A DNA stretch of 64,000 nt from positions 16,291-80,290 of the forward strand of contig JBHIAV010000005.1 in the NCBI GenBank assembly GCA_046758745.1, written 5' to 3'. Positions 1-8,755 of the stretch are shown here, piece after piece (position 1 is the stretch's first letter; every line of letters begins with the position of its first letter). Source of the stretch: Gemmatimonadota bacterium. Lineage in GTDB: Bacteria > Gemmatimonadota > Gemmatimonadetes > Palauibacterales > Palauibacteraceae. The translations under genes and the position numbers were made by a program. Below the pieces are notes generated by a model. It worked only from the letters and a program-made list of their open reading frames with translations, was not told where the DNA came from and ran no database searches.

Positions 1-469
1 TGCGATGCACGAGATACAGGAGAGGAACCAGGGCGGCGACGACCACGTGCGCCCACCACGCCCACCGGTTCTGTCGGCTGGCGGCGGCCGTCAGGATGAA
101 CAGGCCGGTCGCGGCCAGGGAGAGGCCGAGAGCCACGAAGAGCAGGCCCGAAACGATGCTCGATCGGTGACGGCGCCTCCACACCTTCGGCAGGTGACTC
201 ACTGCGAAGACGATGAGAAGCGTCGCGAGCAGGAGGCCGACGCCCGTGTGCGTGAGCACCATCGCCTGAAGGAGCTTGGGAAGCGAGAGCTCCCCCGGAA
301 CGAAGAAGCGCCAGCCGATGGCTGCCGCCGCTCTATGGAAGAGAAGATAGAGCGTGTTGGCGAGCATGAACGCGGCAAGCGCCAGGGCGACGCCCAGGAA
401 GCGCTTGAGGGTGCGCGGCAGGAGCGACGGCAGCACGTCCCGCGGCGGCCGCGGGCTCGGGCCGTTCAC
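1..469 (-). CDS. N-terminal part (runs off the window edge) of a multi-pass membrane protein with TM histidines; resembles the membrane N-terminus of multiheme cytochrome/TPR proteins
   Basis: Not in the ORF track because it has no stop in the window. Hand translation from GTG 469: MNGPSPRPPRDVLPSLLPRTLKRFLGVALALAAFMLANTLYLL...MVLTHTGVGLL...VSHLPKVWRRR...WAWWAHVVVAALVPLLYLVHR, about 4 TM helices with His residues. Start could be 478. Confidence 0.7.
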   Translation of the reverse strand, partial: MNGPSPRPPRDVLPSLLPRTLKRFLGVALALAAFMLANTLYLLFHRAAAAIGWRFFVPGELSLPKLLQAMVLTHTGVGLLLATLLIVFAVSHLPKVWRRRHRSSIVSGLLFVALGLSLAATGLFILTAAASRQNRWAWWAHVVVAALVPLLYLVHR

Positions 470-840
470 CTGGCCCACCTGCCCATCTCCGGCGACATGC
501 AGCTTTCCTTCACAGCTCCCGTCGTACGCAAGCGGCCTCTTCCATGACTCCTTTCAAGACTCCCTCCGCCCGGCAAGCGGTTCTTCCGACCGCCTCGGCC
601 TACGACCCCGGACGTAGGCAGGCGGCCGCTCGGAGCCCGGACGGCCGCGCTCGGCCCCCCTTCTCCGAAACGGGAAGATAGTCCGTAGCGGGAGGCCCTG
701 GAAGAAGAACCGAGCTCTCCGAAGGCGAGCCCCAGCCCCCCCGGCTGGCATCCGGAGAGCTCCTTCCGAAGGTGCGGCGCCCCGCATGGCCCCGGTGGGA
801 CCTTTTTTCACCCGCCGCCGGCGTCACCTAACCTCATACG

Positions 841-856
841 TGACATTATATGACAT
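841..856 (-). promoter_or_regulatory. Candidate promoter/operator: TATAAT -10 (845-850) overlapping a TGACAT direct repeat
   Basis: AT-rich patch tgacattatatgacatgaaat in a GC-rich background. TGACAT at 841-846 and 851-856 (10-bp period), between divergent genes. Confidence 0.45.
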
Positions 857-995
857 GAAATAAGCCGCTTTGTGCACGACACTTGGTCTACTGACGCCAG
901 CGCGGGGAACGCGCGTTGCAGCCGAGCAGGGCGGCGGGACAGGAGAGAAAGGCAGGAGCGGACATCCCTGGACTCCAGCAGACATCGGTGAAGTC

Positions 996-1754
996 ATGCG
1001 CAGGATCACAGCGCGAGCCTTCTTCATGGCCAAGCTCCTCCTCCCCTCCGCGGCGCTGGCGCAGGGCGCCGGACCGCTGCACAAGAGCGAACTGGTGCGG
1101 CTGCTCGCCGTCCGGCCGGAGTCGGAGGAGGAGCTCGCGGCGCTGGTCCGCGAGCACTGCCTGGCGTTCACCCCCACCGATCGCGATCGAGCCGACCTCA
1201 TCAAGCTTCGTGCGGGCGAGGGGGTCTTGCAGGCGATTCGGTCCTGCGAAGGGCGCGTGCGCTCCCCCTCTCGGCTCCGTCCCGCTACCCCCGCGGCAGC
1301 CGGTGGCGCCGAGCTCCTCGAGGCCCCGCCCGAGCTCCTCGATGGGACGCCGGCGTCGGAGATCATGGCCGTGGGCCTTCCGGTTCCGCAGTTCACCTCG
1401 GGCACGCCGCCTCTGGCCGGTCTGCCATCCCGATCAACCGTCGAGCAGATCGCACCCATGAGGATCGACCGGCCGCCGAGGCTCACCAACCCGGCCGAGG
1501 TCGCCCGGCTCCTCAAACAGCACTACCCGCCGGATCTCCTCCGACAGGGAATCGGAGGCAAGGTCGTCCTCCGCCTCCTGATCGACGTAGACGGACGGGT
1601 GGCTCAGACCGAGGTGGCGGAGTCGAGCTCGATCGCGAGGCTGGACGAGGCGGCCGTGCAGGTGGCGGCTAACATGCGATTCACGCCGGCCAGGGCGCGG
1701 AATCTCGAGGTCCGGACCTGGACGCGCCAGCCGGTGATCTTCACCGCCCAATAG
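996..1754 (+). CDS. TonB C-terminal domain protein (energy transducer TonB family)
   Basis: C-terminal YPPDLLRQGIGGKVVLRLLIDVDGRV...SS...LDEAA...RFTPA matches TonB_C. Signal-like N-terminus (SAALAQ) and Pro-rich linker. Confidence 0.8.
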   Translation: MRRITARAFFMAKLLLPSAALAQGAGPLHKSELVRLLAVRPESEEELAALVREHCLAFTPTDRDRADLIKLRAGEGVLQAIRSCEGRVRSPSRLRPATPAAAGGAELLEAPPELLDGTPASEIMAVGLPVPQFTSGTPPLAGLPSRSTVEQIAPMRIDRPPRLTNPAEVARLLKQHYPPDLLRQGIGGKVVLRLLIDVDGRVAQTEVAESSSIARLDEAAVQVAANMRFTPARARNLEVRTWTRQPVIFTAQ

Positions 1755-3159
1755 GCGGGGCCCCCTCCACCTCCTCGCAGGAGACACGGCTGGCGTACAC
1801 GGGCCCTCTTCGACCGATGCCGGGAGAGGTGTCAGCGAACGTCTGACCCCATCCGGTGAGGTCCTGCCCATCGAGGCGGAGCCGCGCCGACAGCCCCCGG
1901 AATCCATCGCTCCACCACAAAAACACAGAGTCCGTGGCGAAGGGCAACCATCGGTATCGCTCGACTTCGGAGGTTCGTTGCGAGCTCCGCACCTCGTACA
2001 TGCCGAAGAAATGCAGATCCAAGCGGCTCAGCAGCTCGATGCTCTCCGGGATGTCGATGCCGGTGGCCCATCCGAAGTCCAATCGGTAGCAGCCGAGCGC
2101 CGGATTCCCCTCCGCCGGTGCCGGATCCACCGGGAATCCGGTCATGCGGCGGGAGTCCTCCGGCGCCGGCTCGGTGACCGCACGGGCGCCGGGCGGCACA
2201 CGGTCGAGCTCCTCCGCCAAGCGTACCGGGGGCTCGGGGGCAGGTGCCTCCGCAGGCGGCGCGGCCTTGCTCAGCGGAGCGACCGCCTCCGCCGCCTCGT
2301 CGCGCCGGGCCGTCATGTCCCGCTTCGCTTCCGCCGGCGCGATGTCGCCCGCTTTCTCGGCACCCGGCCGGTGGGCCCCGGCTTCGGCCGGAACGATCCG
2401 GTCGTTCCCTTGTCGGTCGCGCTCCTCCTGGCCGGCCGGCCGGTCCTGCACCCGCGCCAACCGGCGAGCGGCCTCGACCCCATCGAAGGCTTTCCCTCTC
2501 ACGCGCCCGCCCCCGGCGCCGCCCGCCGCCTCCTGCAACTCACCGGCCGCCGCCTTGTCGGCGTTCGCCCCCGTCTCCCTCCCCGGTATCATCGCCGCGC
2601 CGCGCTCGTTCTCCATACGCCCGGCTGCCCGAAGCGCCGCCTGTTCGTCGAACGGCTCCTCGGCCGGCGGCGCCGTCTCCACGGCGACCGGAGCCTCCAC
2701 CGGCCCGTACACCATCAGACGGGCGAGCCACCCCGCCCCGAGCGCCAGCACGACGCTCGCCGCCCACGCCAGCTTGAGCGGATCGCGCAGCTGCCTTCGC
2801 ACTCCCGTCGGTCGGCCGACGGGGCGGCCGCGAGCCGCGTCCACCGGGGTCGAGCTGCCCGGGGGTCCCGACGGAGCGTCGCCGGAGATGTCTCTTCCGG
2901 CTCCCACCTCCGCCTCGCGGCGCCGCGCCTCGGCCCGCGCGGCCACAGCCTCAAAGGGAGGCGCCTCGACGGCTCCGGGCACGGCCTCCGCCAGCAGCTC
3001 GTGCGCCCGCCCTCGCAGGCGCCGTGCCTCCTCGAGGCGCGCCCGGCAGTCCGGGCACACGGCCAGGTGACGCTCCACGGCCTCTCCGTCCGGCGCTCCC
3101 ACCGCCTCCGGCGCGCCATCCAGCCACGCGTGCAGCTGTCCCTCATCCAGGTGCGGCAT
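1741..3159 (-). CDS. Zinc-binding anti-sigma factor (zf-HC2/ZAS) with TM helix and periplasmic tail
   Basis: MPHLDEGQLHAWLDG...ERHLAVCPDC (HxxxCxxC), TM LAWAASVVLALGAGWLA. Overlaps the 3' end of the ECF sigma gene. Confidence 0.8.
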   Translation of the reverse strand: MPHLDEGQLHAWLDGAPEAVGAPDGEAVERHLAVCPDCRARLEEARRLRGRAHELLAEAVPGAVEAPPFEAVAARAEARRREAEVGAGRDISGDAPSGPPGSSTPVDAARGRPVGRPTGVRRQLRDPLKLAWAASVVLALGAGWLARLMVYGPVEAPVAVETAPPAEEPFDEQAALRAAGRMENERGAAMIPGRETGANADKAAAGELQEAAGGAGGGRVRGKAFDGVEAARRLARVQDRPAGQEERDRQGNDRIVPAEAGAHRPGAEKAGDIAPAEAKRDMTARRDEAAEAVAPLSKAAPPAEAPAPEPPVRLAEELDRVPPGARAVTEPAPEDSRRMTGFPVDPAPAEGNPALGCYRLDFGWATGIDIPESIELLSRLDLHFFGMYEVRSSQRTSEVERYRWLPFATDSVFLWWSDGFRGLSARLRLDGQDLTGWGQTFADTSPGIGRRGPVYASRVSCEEVEGAPPIGR

Positions 3160-3649
3160 CCCGTTCCTCCAGCTCCTCGTAAGACTCGACCAACCGGCGA
3201 CGCGCCCGGGCCAGCGTCGTGCCGATGGCACCCTTCGCGAGGCCCGTCTGCGCCGCGATCTCCGCGTAGCTCAAGCCCGCGTCCCACAGGAGGAGGATGT
3301 CGCGGTCTCGATCGACGAGCCTCTCCAGCGCCCGGCGGACCGAGTGCCTTCTCTCCCTCCGCTCGAGCTCCGAGGCCGCGTCCGGGCCGGTCGCCCAGCT
3401 CTCCTGTTCGCTCACCAGAAGGGTCAGATGTCGCTTGCGCCGGATCGCCGCTCGTGCCTCGTCACGGGCCAGGTTCCCCGCCACGGTGAAGAGCCACGAA
3501 CGCGGGTTCTCCGGTGCGTGCTCGAGAGCGCGCACGAATGCCTCCTGCGCCAGATCCTGCGCCCGCTCCCCGTCCCACACCTTCCGGTAGAGGAAGCGGA
3601 CCAGGTCCTCGTACGTGGCGGCGTATACGGCCGCCCAGTCGACGCTCAC
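3143..3649 (-). CDS. ECF RNA polymerase sigma factor (sigma-70 family)
   Basis: AQDLAQEAFVRAL...SWLFTVAGNLARDEAR (region 2); GLSYAEIAAQTGLAKGAIGTTLARARRRL (region 4). Confidence 0.9.
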   Translation of the reverse strand: MSVDWAAVYAATYEDLVRFLYRKVWDGERAQDLAQEAFVRALEHAPENPRSWLFTVAGNLARDEARAAIRRKRHLTLLVSEQESWATGPDAASELERRERRHSVRRALERLVDRDRDILLLWDAGLSYAEIAAQTGLAKGAIGTTLARARRRLVESYEELEERDAAPG

Positions 3650-4081
3650 GGATCCATCCTTCCCTGAGCTCGCGGAGGGAGAGAGACGGATCCCGGCTTG
3701 CCCTGAGCCTCGCCGAACCTCTCCTTCGCGCTCGTGCGCCCGTCTTTCGAGGTGAAAGATGCGGCCGGCCGCCGTCCGAGTCATCCCGTCACCGGCCGGG
3801 CCTTCTCCAGCCCGAGCGACGGAGCCCGCTGCTCCTCCTCCCGTTCATCGTTTCCCCTCCGTTCGGTGTTCACAGAGAGGGACGCCGAAAGCCCTCGCGT
3901 TTGCACACGACCGGACGTCGGGATCCGGATCCGGACGGAGGGTAGGACGGCGGGCCCGACAGAATGCCGTGCTGACTTCGGCGCAGCCGCCGGGGCGCGG
4001 TGCGACGGCAGCCCATCGCGGTCCGGTGCGACGCAGGGCGCGAGCAGCTCAGAGACTCGACCCGTTCAAAAGGAGGCACCC

Positions 4082-4879
4082 GTGGCCCAGGTCAAGACCG
4101 CCGGCGACTTCGTCTGGTTCGATCTCCTGACGACCGACCCGGAAGCGGCGAGGGACTTCTACACCCAGGTCATCGGGTGGGGAACCCAGCTGTGGGACGG
4201 CATTCCCGGTCAACCGTACACCATGTGGACGGCCGGCGAGACGCCGCTTGGCGGCATCCACCCGCTGCCGAAGGAGGCGACGGCCGCCGGGGCGCCCCCG
4301 CACTGGCTCGCCTACATCTCCACCCCGGACGTGGACGCCACGGTGGCCCAAGCGACCGAGCTTGGAGCCGAGCTGAAGGTGCCGCCGACGGACATCCCGA
4401 CGGTCGGCCGCTTCGCCGTCCTGGCGGACCCGCAGGGCGCCGTGTTCGCGGTGTTCACCCCCTCGGGAGACTCCCCGGGCCGCGAGGGACCCCCGAAGAT
4501 CGGCGAGTTCTCGTGGCACGAGCTCGCCACCACGGACCACGAGGCGGCGCTCGGCTTCTACTCTGCGCTGTTCGGCTGGGAGAAGACGGATGCGATGGAG
4601 ATGGGTGAGGTGGGAATCTACCAGATGTACGGGCGCGGAGGCGACGCCCCGCTCGGCGGAATGTTCAACAAGACGGCGGACATGCCCGGCCCGCCGTGCT
4701 GGCTATACTACGCTATGGTGGAGGATGTCGCCCGGGTGGCCGAGAAGGTGAAGGAGCTGGGCGGTCAGGTCCTAAACGGGCCGATGGAGGTGCCCGGGGG
4801 AGACTTCATCGCACAGTGCATGGACCCGCAGGGCGCGGTGTTCGCCATCCACTCGAAGGCGCCGGCCGGCGGGAGCTGA
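4082..4879 (+). CDS. VOC/glyoxalase family protein (two-domain, CFP32-like)
   Basis: AGGAGG RBS before GTG 4082. Two repeats: GDFVWFDLLTTDPEAARDFY...DPQGAVF and GEFSWHELATTD...DPQGAVF. Confidence 0.88.
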   Translation: MAQVKTAGDFVWFDLLTTDPEAARDFYTQVIGWGTQLWDGIPGQPYTMWTAGETPLGGIHPLPKEATAAGAPPHWLAYISTPDVDATVAQATELGAELKVPPTDIPTVGRFAVLADPQGAVFAVFTPSGDSPGREGPPKIGEFSWHELATTDHEAALGFYSALFGWEKTDAMEMGEVGIYQMYGRGGDAPLGGMFNKTADMPGPPCWLYYAMVEDVARVAEKVKELGGQVLNGPMEVPGGDFIAQCMDPQGAVFAIHSKAPAGGS

Positions 4880-4918
4880 TCCCGCCCGCGCCGCCCGGGG
4901 CGCTGCCGGCTCGCTCCC

Positions 4919-5641
4919 CTACAGCTCGGCTCGCAGCGCCCTCGCCGCCCGGGCCCGATGGCTCAGGCGGGCCTTCACCTCCGGCGGGAGCTCGCCGAAC
5001 GTCTTGCCGTACTCCGGCACGACGAACAGCGGGTCGTAGCCGAACCCGCCCTCGCCGCGCGGCTCCTCGGCGATCCGGCCGTGCACGACGCCCTCGGCCA
5101 CCGCGGTCCGTGAGCCATCCACCAGGACGAGCGCGCACCGATAGTGCGCCGCCCGGCGATCCGCCGGCACGCCCTCGAGCCTTTCCAGCAGGTACGCGTT
5201 GTTGGCCGCGTCCCGTCCCAAACGCTCGGACCACTCGTCGGGGGCGAAGCGACGGGACCGGACGCCGGGCGCGCCGCGGAGCGCAGCCACGCACAGACCC
5301 GAGTCGTCGGCGAGGGTAGGCAGACCCGTGCGAGCGTGAAAATGCCGGGCCTTGGCGCGGGCGTTCTCCGCGAAGCTGTCGAACACCTCGATCGATGCTT
5401 CCTCGGCCCCGGGCCGAACGCCGATGTCGGTGAGAGAGACGAGCGCGAGCCCCTTGCCGCCGAGGAGGCCGCGAAGCTCGTTCAGCTTGTCGGCGCTTCG
5501 CGTGGCGACGAGAATCCTTCGACCGCGCGGCGGCCGCTTCTCCTCGGGGCTCCTGGGTTCGGCACGTCGGCCCCCGCGCCTGGACGCCTCCGGTGTCTCC
5601 GCTTCGCCCTTCAGATCACTCCTCGGCCCACAGGACCTCAT
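4919..5641 (-). CDS. rdgB: Non-canonical purine NTP pyrophosphatase (RdgB/HAM1)
   Basis: ILVATRSADK, ENARAKA, LADDSGL, GAPGVRS, GFGYDPLF, SHRARA. Start uncertain; conserved core begins ~5520. Confidence 0.88.
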   Translation of the reverse strand: MRSCGPRSDLKGEAETPEASRRGGRRAEPRSPEEKRPPRGRRILVATRSADKLNELRGLLGGKGLALVSLTDIGVRPGAEEASIEVFDSFAENARAKARHFHARTGLPTLADDSGLCVAALRGAPGVRSRRFAPDEWSERLGRDAANNAYLLERLEGVPADRRAAHYRCALVLVDGSRTAVAEGVVHGRIAEEPRGEGGFGYDPLFVVPEYGKTFGELPPEVKARLSHRARAARALRAEL

Positions 5642-6578
5642 CCTTCAGCTTCTCTCGCAGGCCGGGGTGCACGTTCCACATGTACACCCCCACGGTGAAC
5701 GCGGCGATGACGTTGCCGAGGAGGACCGACCACCAGGCGAGCTGCTCGAGGATCCAGTTGCCGAGCATCACGACCATCGCGATGAAGAACGTCTGCACCA
5801 CCACGAACATGAGGAGGAGGAGAAAGAGGATGGGCGGCGTACGCTCCGCCTGGGTGACGAGACCGGAGACGATCACGCCGAACACGAGGAACGCCGCGAG
5901 GTGGATCAGCGTGTATCCCAGTATGGTGGCCGCGGCGAAGTCGACGTTCCGGGCGGCGTCGGTACCGTGGAAGATCGCGGAGCCGAGCGCGGCCGGAGTG
6001 AAGAGGGGCCGTCCGGCCACAGAGTCCACGATGAGGAACCACACCGCCACGACGAACGCTCCGAGGAGTCCCGCCACGATCCCCTCCCGCAGGGTCCGGT
6101 GGGCCATGAGCTGCGCCCACACACCCGTCACCCCCGGCTCGGGGCTCGTCCAGTGCAGGTAGCCGACGATGACGAGGCCGGCGAGGACGTTCCCGAAAAA
6201 GACGGCCGGCCAGGCGGGGGCGGCCAGGATGTCCGTTCCGGACAGCACCAGCGAAGGGTAGAAGACGAGCGAGCAGGCGAAGAGGCCGTAGGCCGCTCCG
6301 AGCAGGAGATTCTTCGGGAGCCGCGTCACCTCGAACAGGAGGGAGGCCCCTATCCCCAGGATGAGGAAGGCGACGTAGTGGGCGGCCGTGTACAGGGCGA
6401 TCCGCAGCGACCCGCCCTCCACCCCCATCTGCCCCAGCAGGGCGCCTGAGAGGAAGGTGGGCGTGTGAAGCGGCTGCCCACGCGCCAGGTCGAGGAAGAG
6501 GAAGACGATGATGAGGACGGTCCCACCCAGCAGTCCCGCCATCACACCGTCCCACAGCGCCTTCCTGCTCAGCGTCAC
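5616..6578 (-). CDS. Uncharacterised integral membrane protein made of two homologous ~4-TM halves
   Basis: GTG 6578 overlaps the cyoE stop. Halves share G[VI]xAGLLG...D...GxPLxTP...YTxxH...W...GNV. Confidence 0.75.
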   Translation of the reverse strand: MTLSRKALWDGVMAGLLGGTVLIIVFLFLDLARGQPLHTPTFLSGALLGQMGVEGGSLRIALYTAAHYVAFLILGIGASLLFEVTRLPKNLLLGAAYGLFACSLVFYPSLVLSGTDILAAPAWPAVFFGNVLAGLVIVGYLHWTSPEPGVTGVWAQLMAHRTLREGIVAGLLGAFVVAVWFLIVDSVAGRPLFTPAALGSAIFHGTDAARNVDFAAATILGYTLIHLAAFLVFGVIVSGLVTQAERTPPILFLLLLMFVVVQTFFIAMVVMLGNWILEQLAWWSVLLGNVIAAFTVGVYMWNVHPGLREKLKDEVLWAEE

Positions 6579-7747
6579 GGAGCATCCTCGCGAGCCCTCA
6601 GGGCTCGACCGGTCTCCCCGACGGCCTCCTCCAGAAGCCGCTCGACCTCCTCCCGCATGGCGCGCCGATACGTGTGCACCAGCCCGCCCCCGATCACCAC
6701 GAGCAGGAAGGCGGGCGCCGCCATCAGCAGCACCATCCCCCAGAAGAAGCCCTGGCTCAGCTCCGGGCTCGACCCCTGGATGCATCCGGGGCATGCGAGC
6801 AGCTCTCCCGCCCCGGCCACGGATGCGGCCACGGCGGAACCCGCGCCCGGATCGAAGGTGAGAAGGAGGAGGAGTGCCGGAAGGTACACGAGCGACGCAC
6901 GGAAGAGGCCACGTGCGCGCCGCACATCGGCCTGGAGCGCGAAACGGAGGGCGCTCGTCAGGTATGCCGTTCCCAGCGCCACCGCTCCGAGGGCGTACAC
7001 CGCCCCGCCGAGCCCCAGCACGGCCGGGATGAGGCTCACCGGAAGGAGGGCGAGCGAGTAGCTCACCGCCTGCCTTCCCGTGCGGGCTCCGCACGGGTCC
7101 GCCACGCTCAGCGTGCGCAGCCCCGCCCGCCTGTAGTCCTCCCGATACAGCCACCCGAGCGCGAGGAAGTGCGGGAGCTGCCACAGGAAGAGGATGGCGA
7201 ACAGAGTGATGGCGCCGGGGCCGAGCTCCCCGGTCGCCGCGCTCCATCCGCCGACGGCGGGGAGCGCGCCCGGGACCGCCCCGACCAGGATGGCCAGCGA
7301 GCCGACCCGCTTGAGCGGCGTGTACGCGAAGTCGTACACGATCAGGGCCAGGGCCCCCAGCGCGGCGGTGAGCAGGTTCACGGCCACGGCGAGGTACAGG
7401 ACCCCTCCGGCCGCAAGAGCGAGGGAGAAGGCCATCGCCACGGCCGGCGACAGCCTTCCGTCGGGAAGCGGCCGGCGCCGGGTGCGGGCCATCCGCGCGT
7501 CCACGTCGCGCTCCAGCACCTGGTTCAGGGCGCTCGTGCCGCCACACACGAGCGCGATGCCGATGAGCGCCTCCAGGAGACCCGGCGCGCCAGCTGTGGA
7601 GCGAGCTCCCAGGAGATACCCGGCCGCGCTGGTCACCAGCACCATCAGGGTGATGCGCGGCTTCGTAAGGGAAAGGAGGTCGGCCGCCACGGACGTCCAG
7701 CCGGCCCGGCGGGAAGCCGCCGCCAGGGCCCCCGCCTCAGCGCTCAT
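6575..7747 (-). CDS. cyoE: Heme O synthase (protoheme IX farnesyltransferase) with extra C-terminal CxxC + TM segment
   Basis: LTKPRI, ALNQVLERDVDARMARTRRRPLP, YTPLKR, GAVPGALP, FLWQLPHF; extra tail ACPGC...FFWGMVLLM. Confidence 0.92.
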   Translation of the reverse strand: MSAEAGALAAASRRAGWTSVAADLLSLTKPRITLMVLVTSAAGYLLGARSTAGAPGLLEALIGIALVCGGTSALNQVLERDVDARMARTRRRPLPDGRLSPAVAMAFSLALAAGGVLYLAVAVNLLTAALGALALIVYDFAYTPLKRVGSLAILVGAVPGALPAVGGWSAATGELGPGAITLFAILFLWQLPHFLALGWLYREDYRRAGLRTLSVADPCGARTGRQAVSYSLALLPVSLIPAVLGLGGAVYALGAVALGTAYLTSALRFALQADVRRARGLFRASLVYLPALLLLLTFDPGAGSAVAASVAGAGELLACPGCIQGSSPELSQGFFWGMVLLMAAPAFLLVVIGGGLVHTYRRAMREEVERLLEEAVGETGRALRAREDAP

Positions 7748-7815
7748 CCGGTGGCCCCCGCGTCGACCCTACCGCGTTCACGTCGCTGCGCCTCACGTCG
7801 GAGTCCCGTCCTGTT

Positions 7816-8085
7816 TCAGTATTCCATCAGCACCAGGACGACGAGGATCGCCGCCGGCAGGAGGGGGGCGGCGGCCACGACCGAGACCAGCCTCGGCTCG
7901 AAGCGGAGGTGCATGAAGTACAGAGCCACGAGGAGCGCCTTCCAGATCGCCAGTCCGAGCAGCCCCAGGATCGTCACGGCGCGGGGGAGCCCCATGAAGG
8001 CGACCCCGAGCTCGACTACCGTGAGGAGGGCCAGCCCGCCGAACACCGCCAGATAAGGAGGCTGTCTCTTTCGTGCCTCTTCCAT
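7816..8085 (-). CDS. Cytochrome c oxidase subunit IV (CtaF-like)
   Basis: Three TM helices, LALLTVVE and KALLVALYFMHLRFE motifs. Confidence 0.85.
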   Translation of the reverse strand: MEEARKRQPPYLAVFGGLALLTVVELGVAFMGLPRAVTILGLLGLAIWKALLVALYFMHLRFEPRLVSVVAAAPLLPAAILVVLVLMEY

Positions 8086-8095
8086 GCCGGACTCC

Positions 8096-8755
8096 TCAGA
8101 TCAGGTATACGACGGTGAAAAGGATAATCCACACCAGGTCCACGAAGTGCCAGTACAGCCCGATGATCTCGACGCCCTGGTGGTCCTCGCGCGTGTAGCC
8201 TCCCCGGAACGCTCTCACCGTCACCCAGATCATCGAGATGACGCCGCAGGTTACGTGGAAGCCGTGGAAACCGGTCATCGTGTAGAAGGTGGCCCCGTAC
8301 AGCGCCCCCGAGGCCGCCGGGAGCGCGCCGTGCGCCACCTCCTCCGCCAGCGCGCTCCCCGGTGCGTAGCCGCTCGGAAGGAAGCCGTGCTGGGCGAGGT
8401 GAATGTACTCGTACACCTGCACCCCGATGAACGTCGAGCCGATGAGGACGGTCGCGATGAGGAACGTCTTCAGGCCGCGGAGATCGCCGGTCTCGATCGC
8501 GGCGAACGCCTTCACCATCGTCACCGAGCTGCAGATGAGGATGAAGGTGTTGATGGCGGTGACGGGAACGTTGAGGACCACGCCCGGGGCCGGCCACTCC
8601 CCGGCCGCCCCGAAGCGCAGGATGATGTAGGACCCGATCAGCCCGGTGAAGAACATCACCTCCGAGCAGAGGAAGATCCACATCCCCACCTTTTTGTCAT
8701 AGATGCCGAGCCCGCGCTCCCGGGGATGCTCGAGCGCCACCGCGTGCGTGCTCAT
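8096..8755 (-). CDS. ctaE: Cytochrome c oxidase subunit III (short 5-TM form)
   Basis: GMWIFLCSEVMFF, NTFILICSS, FYTMTGFHGFHV, GLYWHFVDLVW. Confidence 0.93.
   Translation of the reverse strand: MSTHAVALEHPRERGLGIYDKKVGMWIFLCSEVMFFTGLIGSYIILRFGAAGEWPAPGVVLNVPVTAINTFILICSSVTMVKAFAAIETGDLRGLKTFLIATVLIGSTFIGVQVYEYIHLAQHGFLPSGYAPGSALAEEVAHGALPAASGALYGATFYTMTGFHGFHVTCGVISMIWVTVRAFRGGYTREDHQGVEIIGLYWHFVDLVWIILFTVVYLI

Noticed and set aside
470-811. Possible Sec (UGA 554-556) read-through joining ORF 554-811 to the window-edge gene
   Set aside because: Same frame, but the upstream peptide is low-complexity and the UGA is not in a Cys-like motif.
5616-7547. Apparent long fusions in the ORF track (5616-7547, 32053-33849, 37217-38992, 47429-49429, 23057-24067)
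   Set aside because: The N-terminal extensions overlap other genes or a tRNA in different frames. True starts were re-picked at overlapping stop/start junctions or RBS sites.
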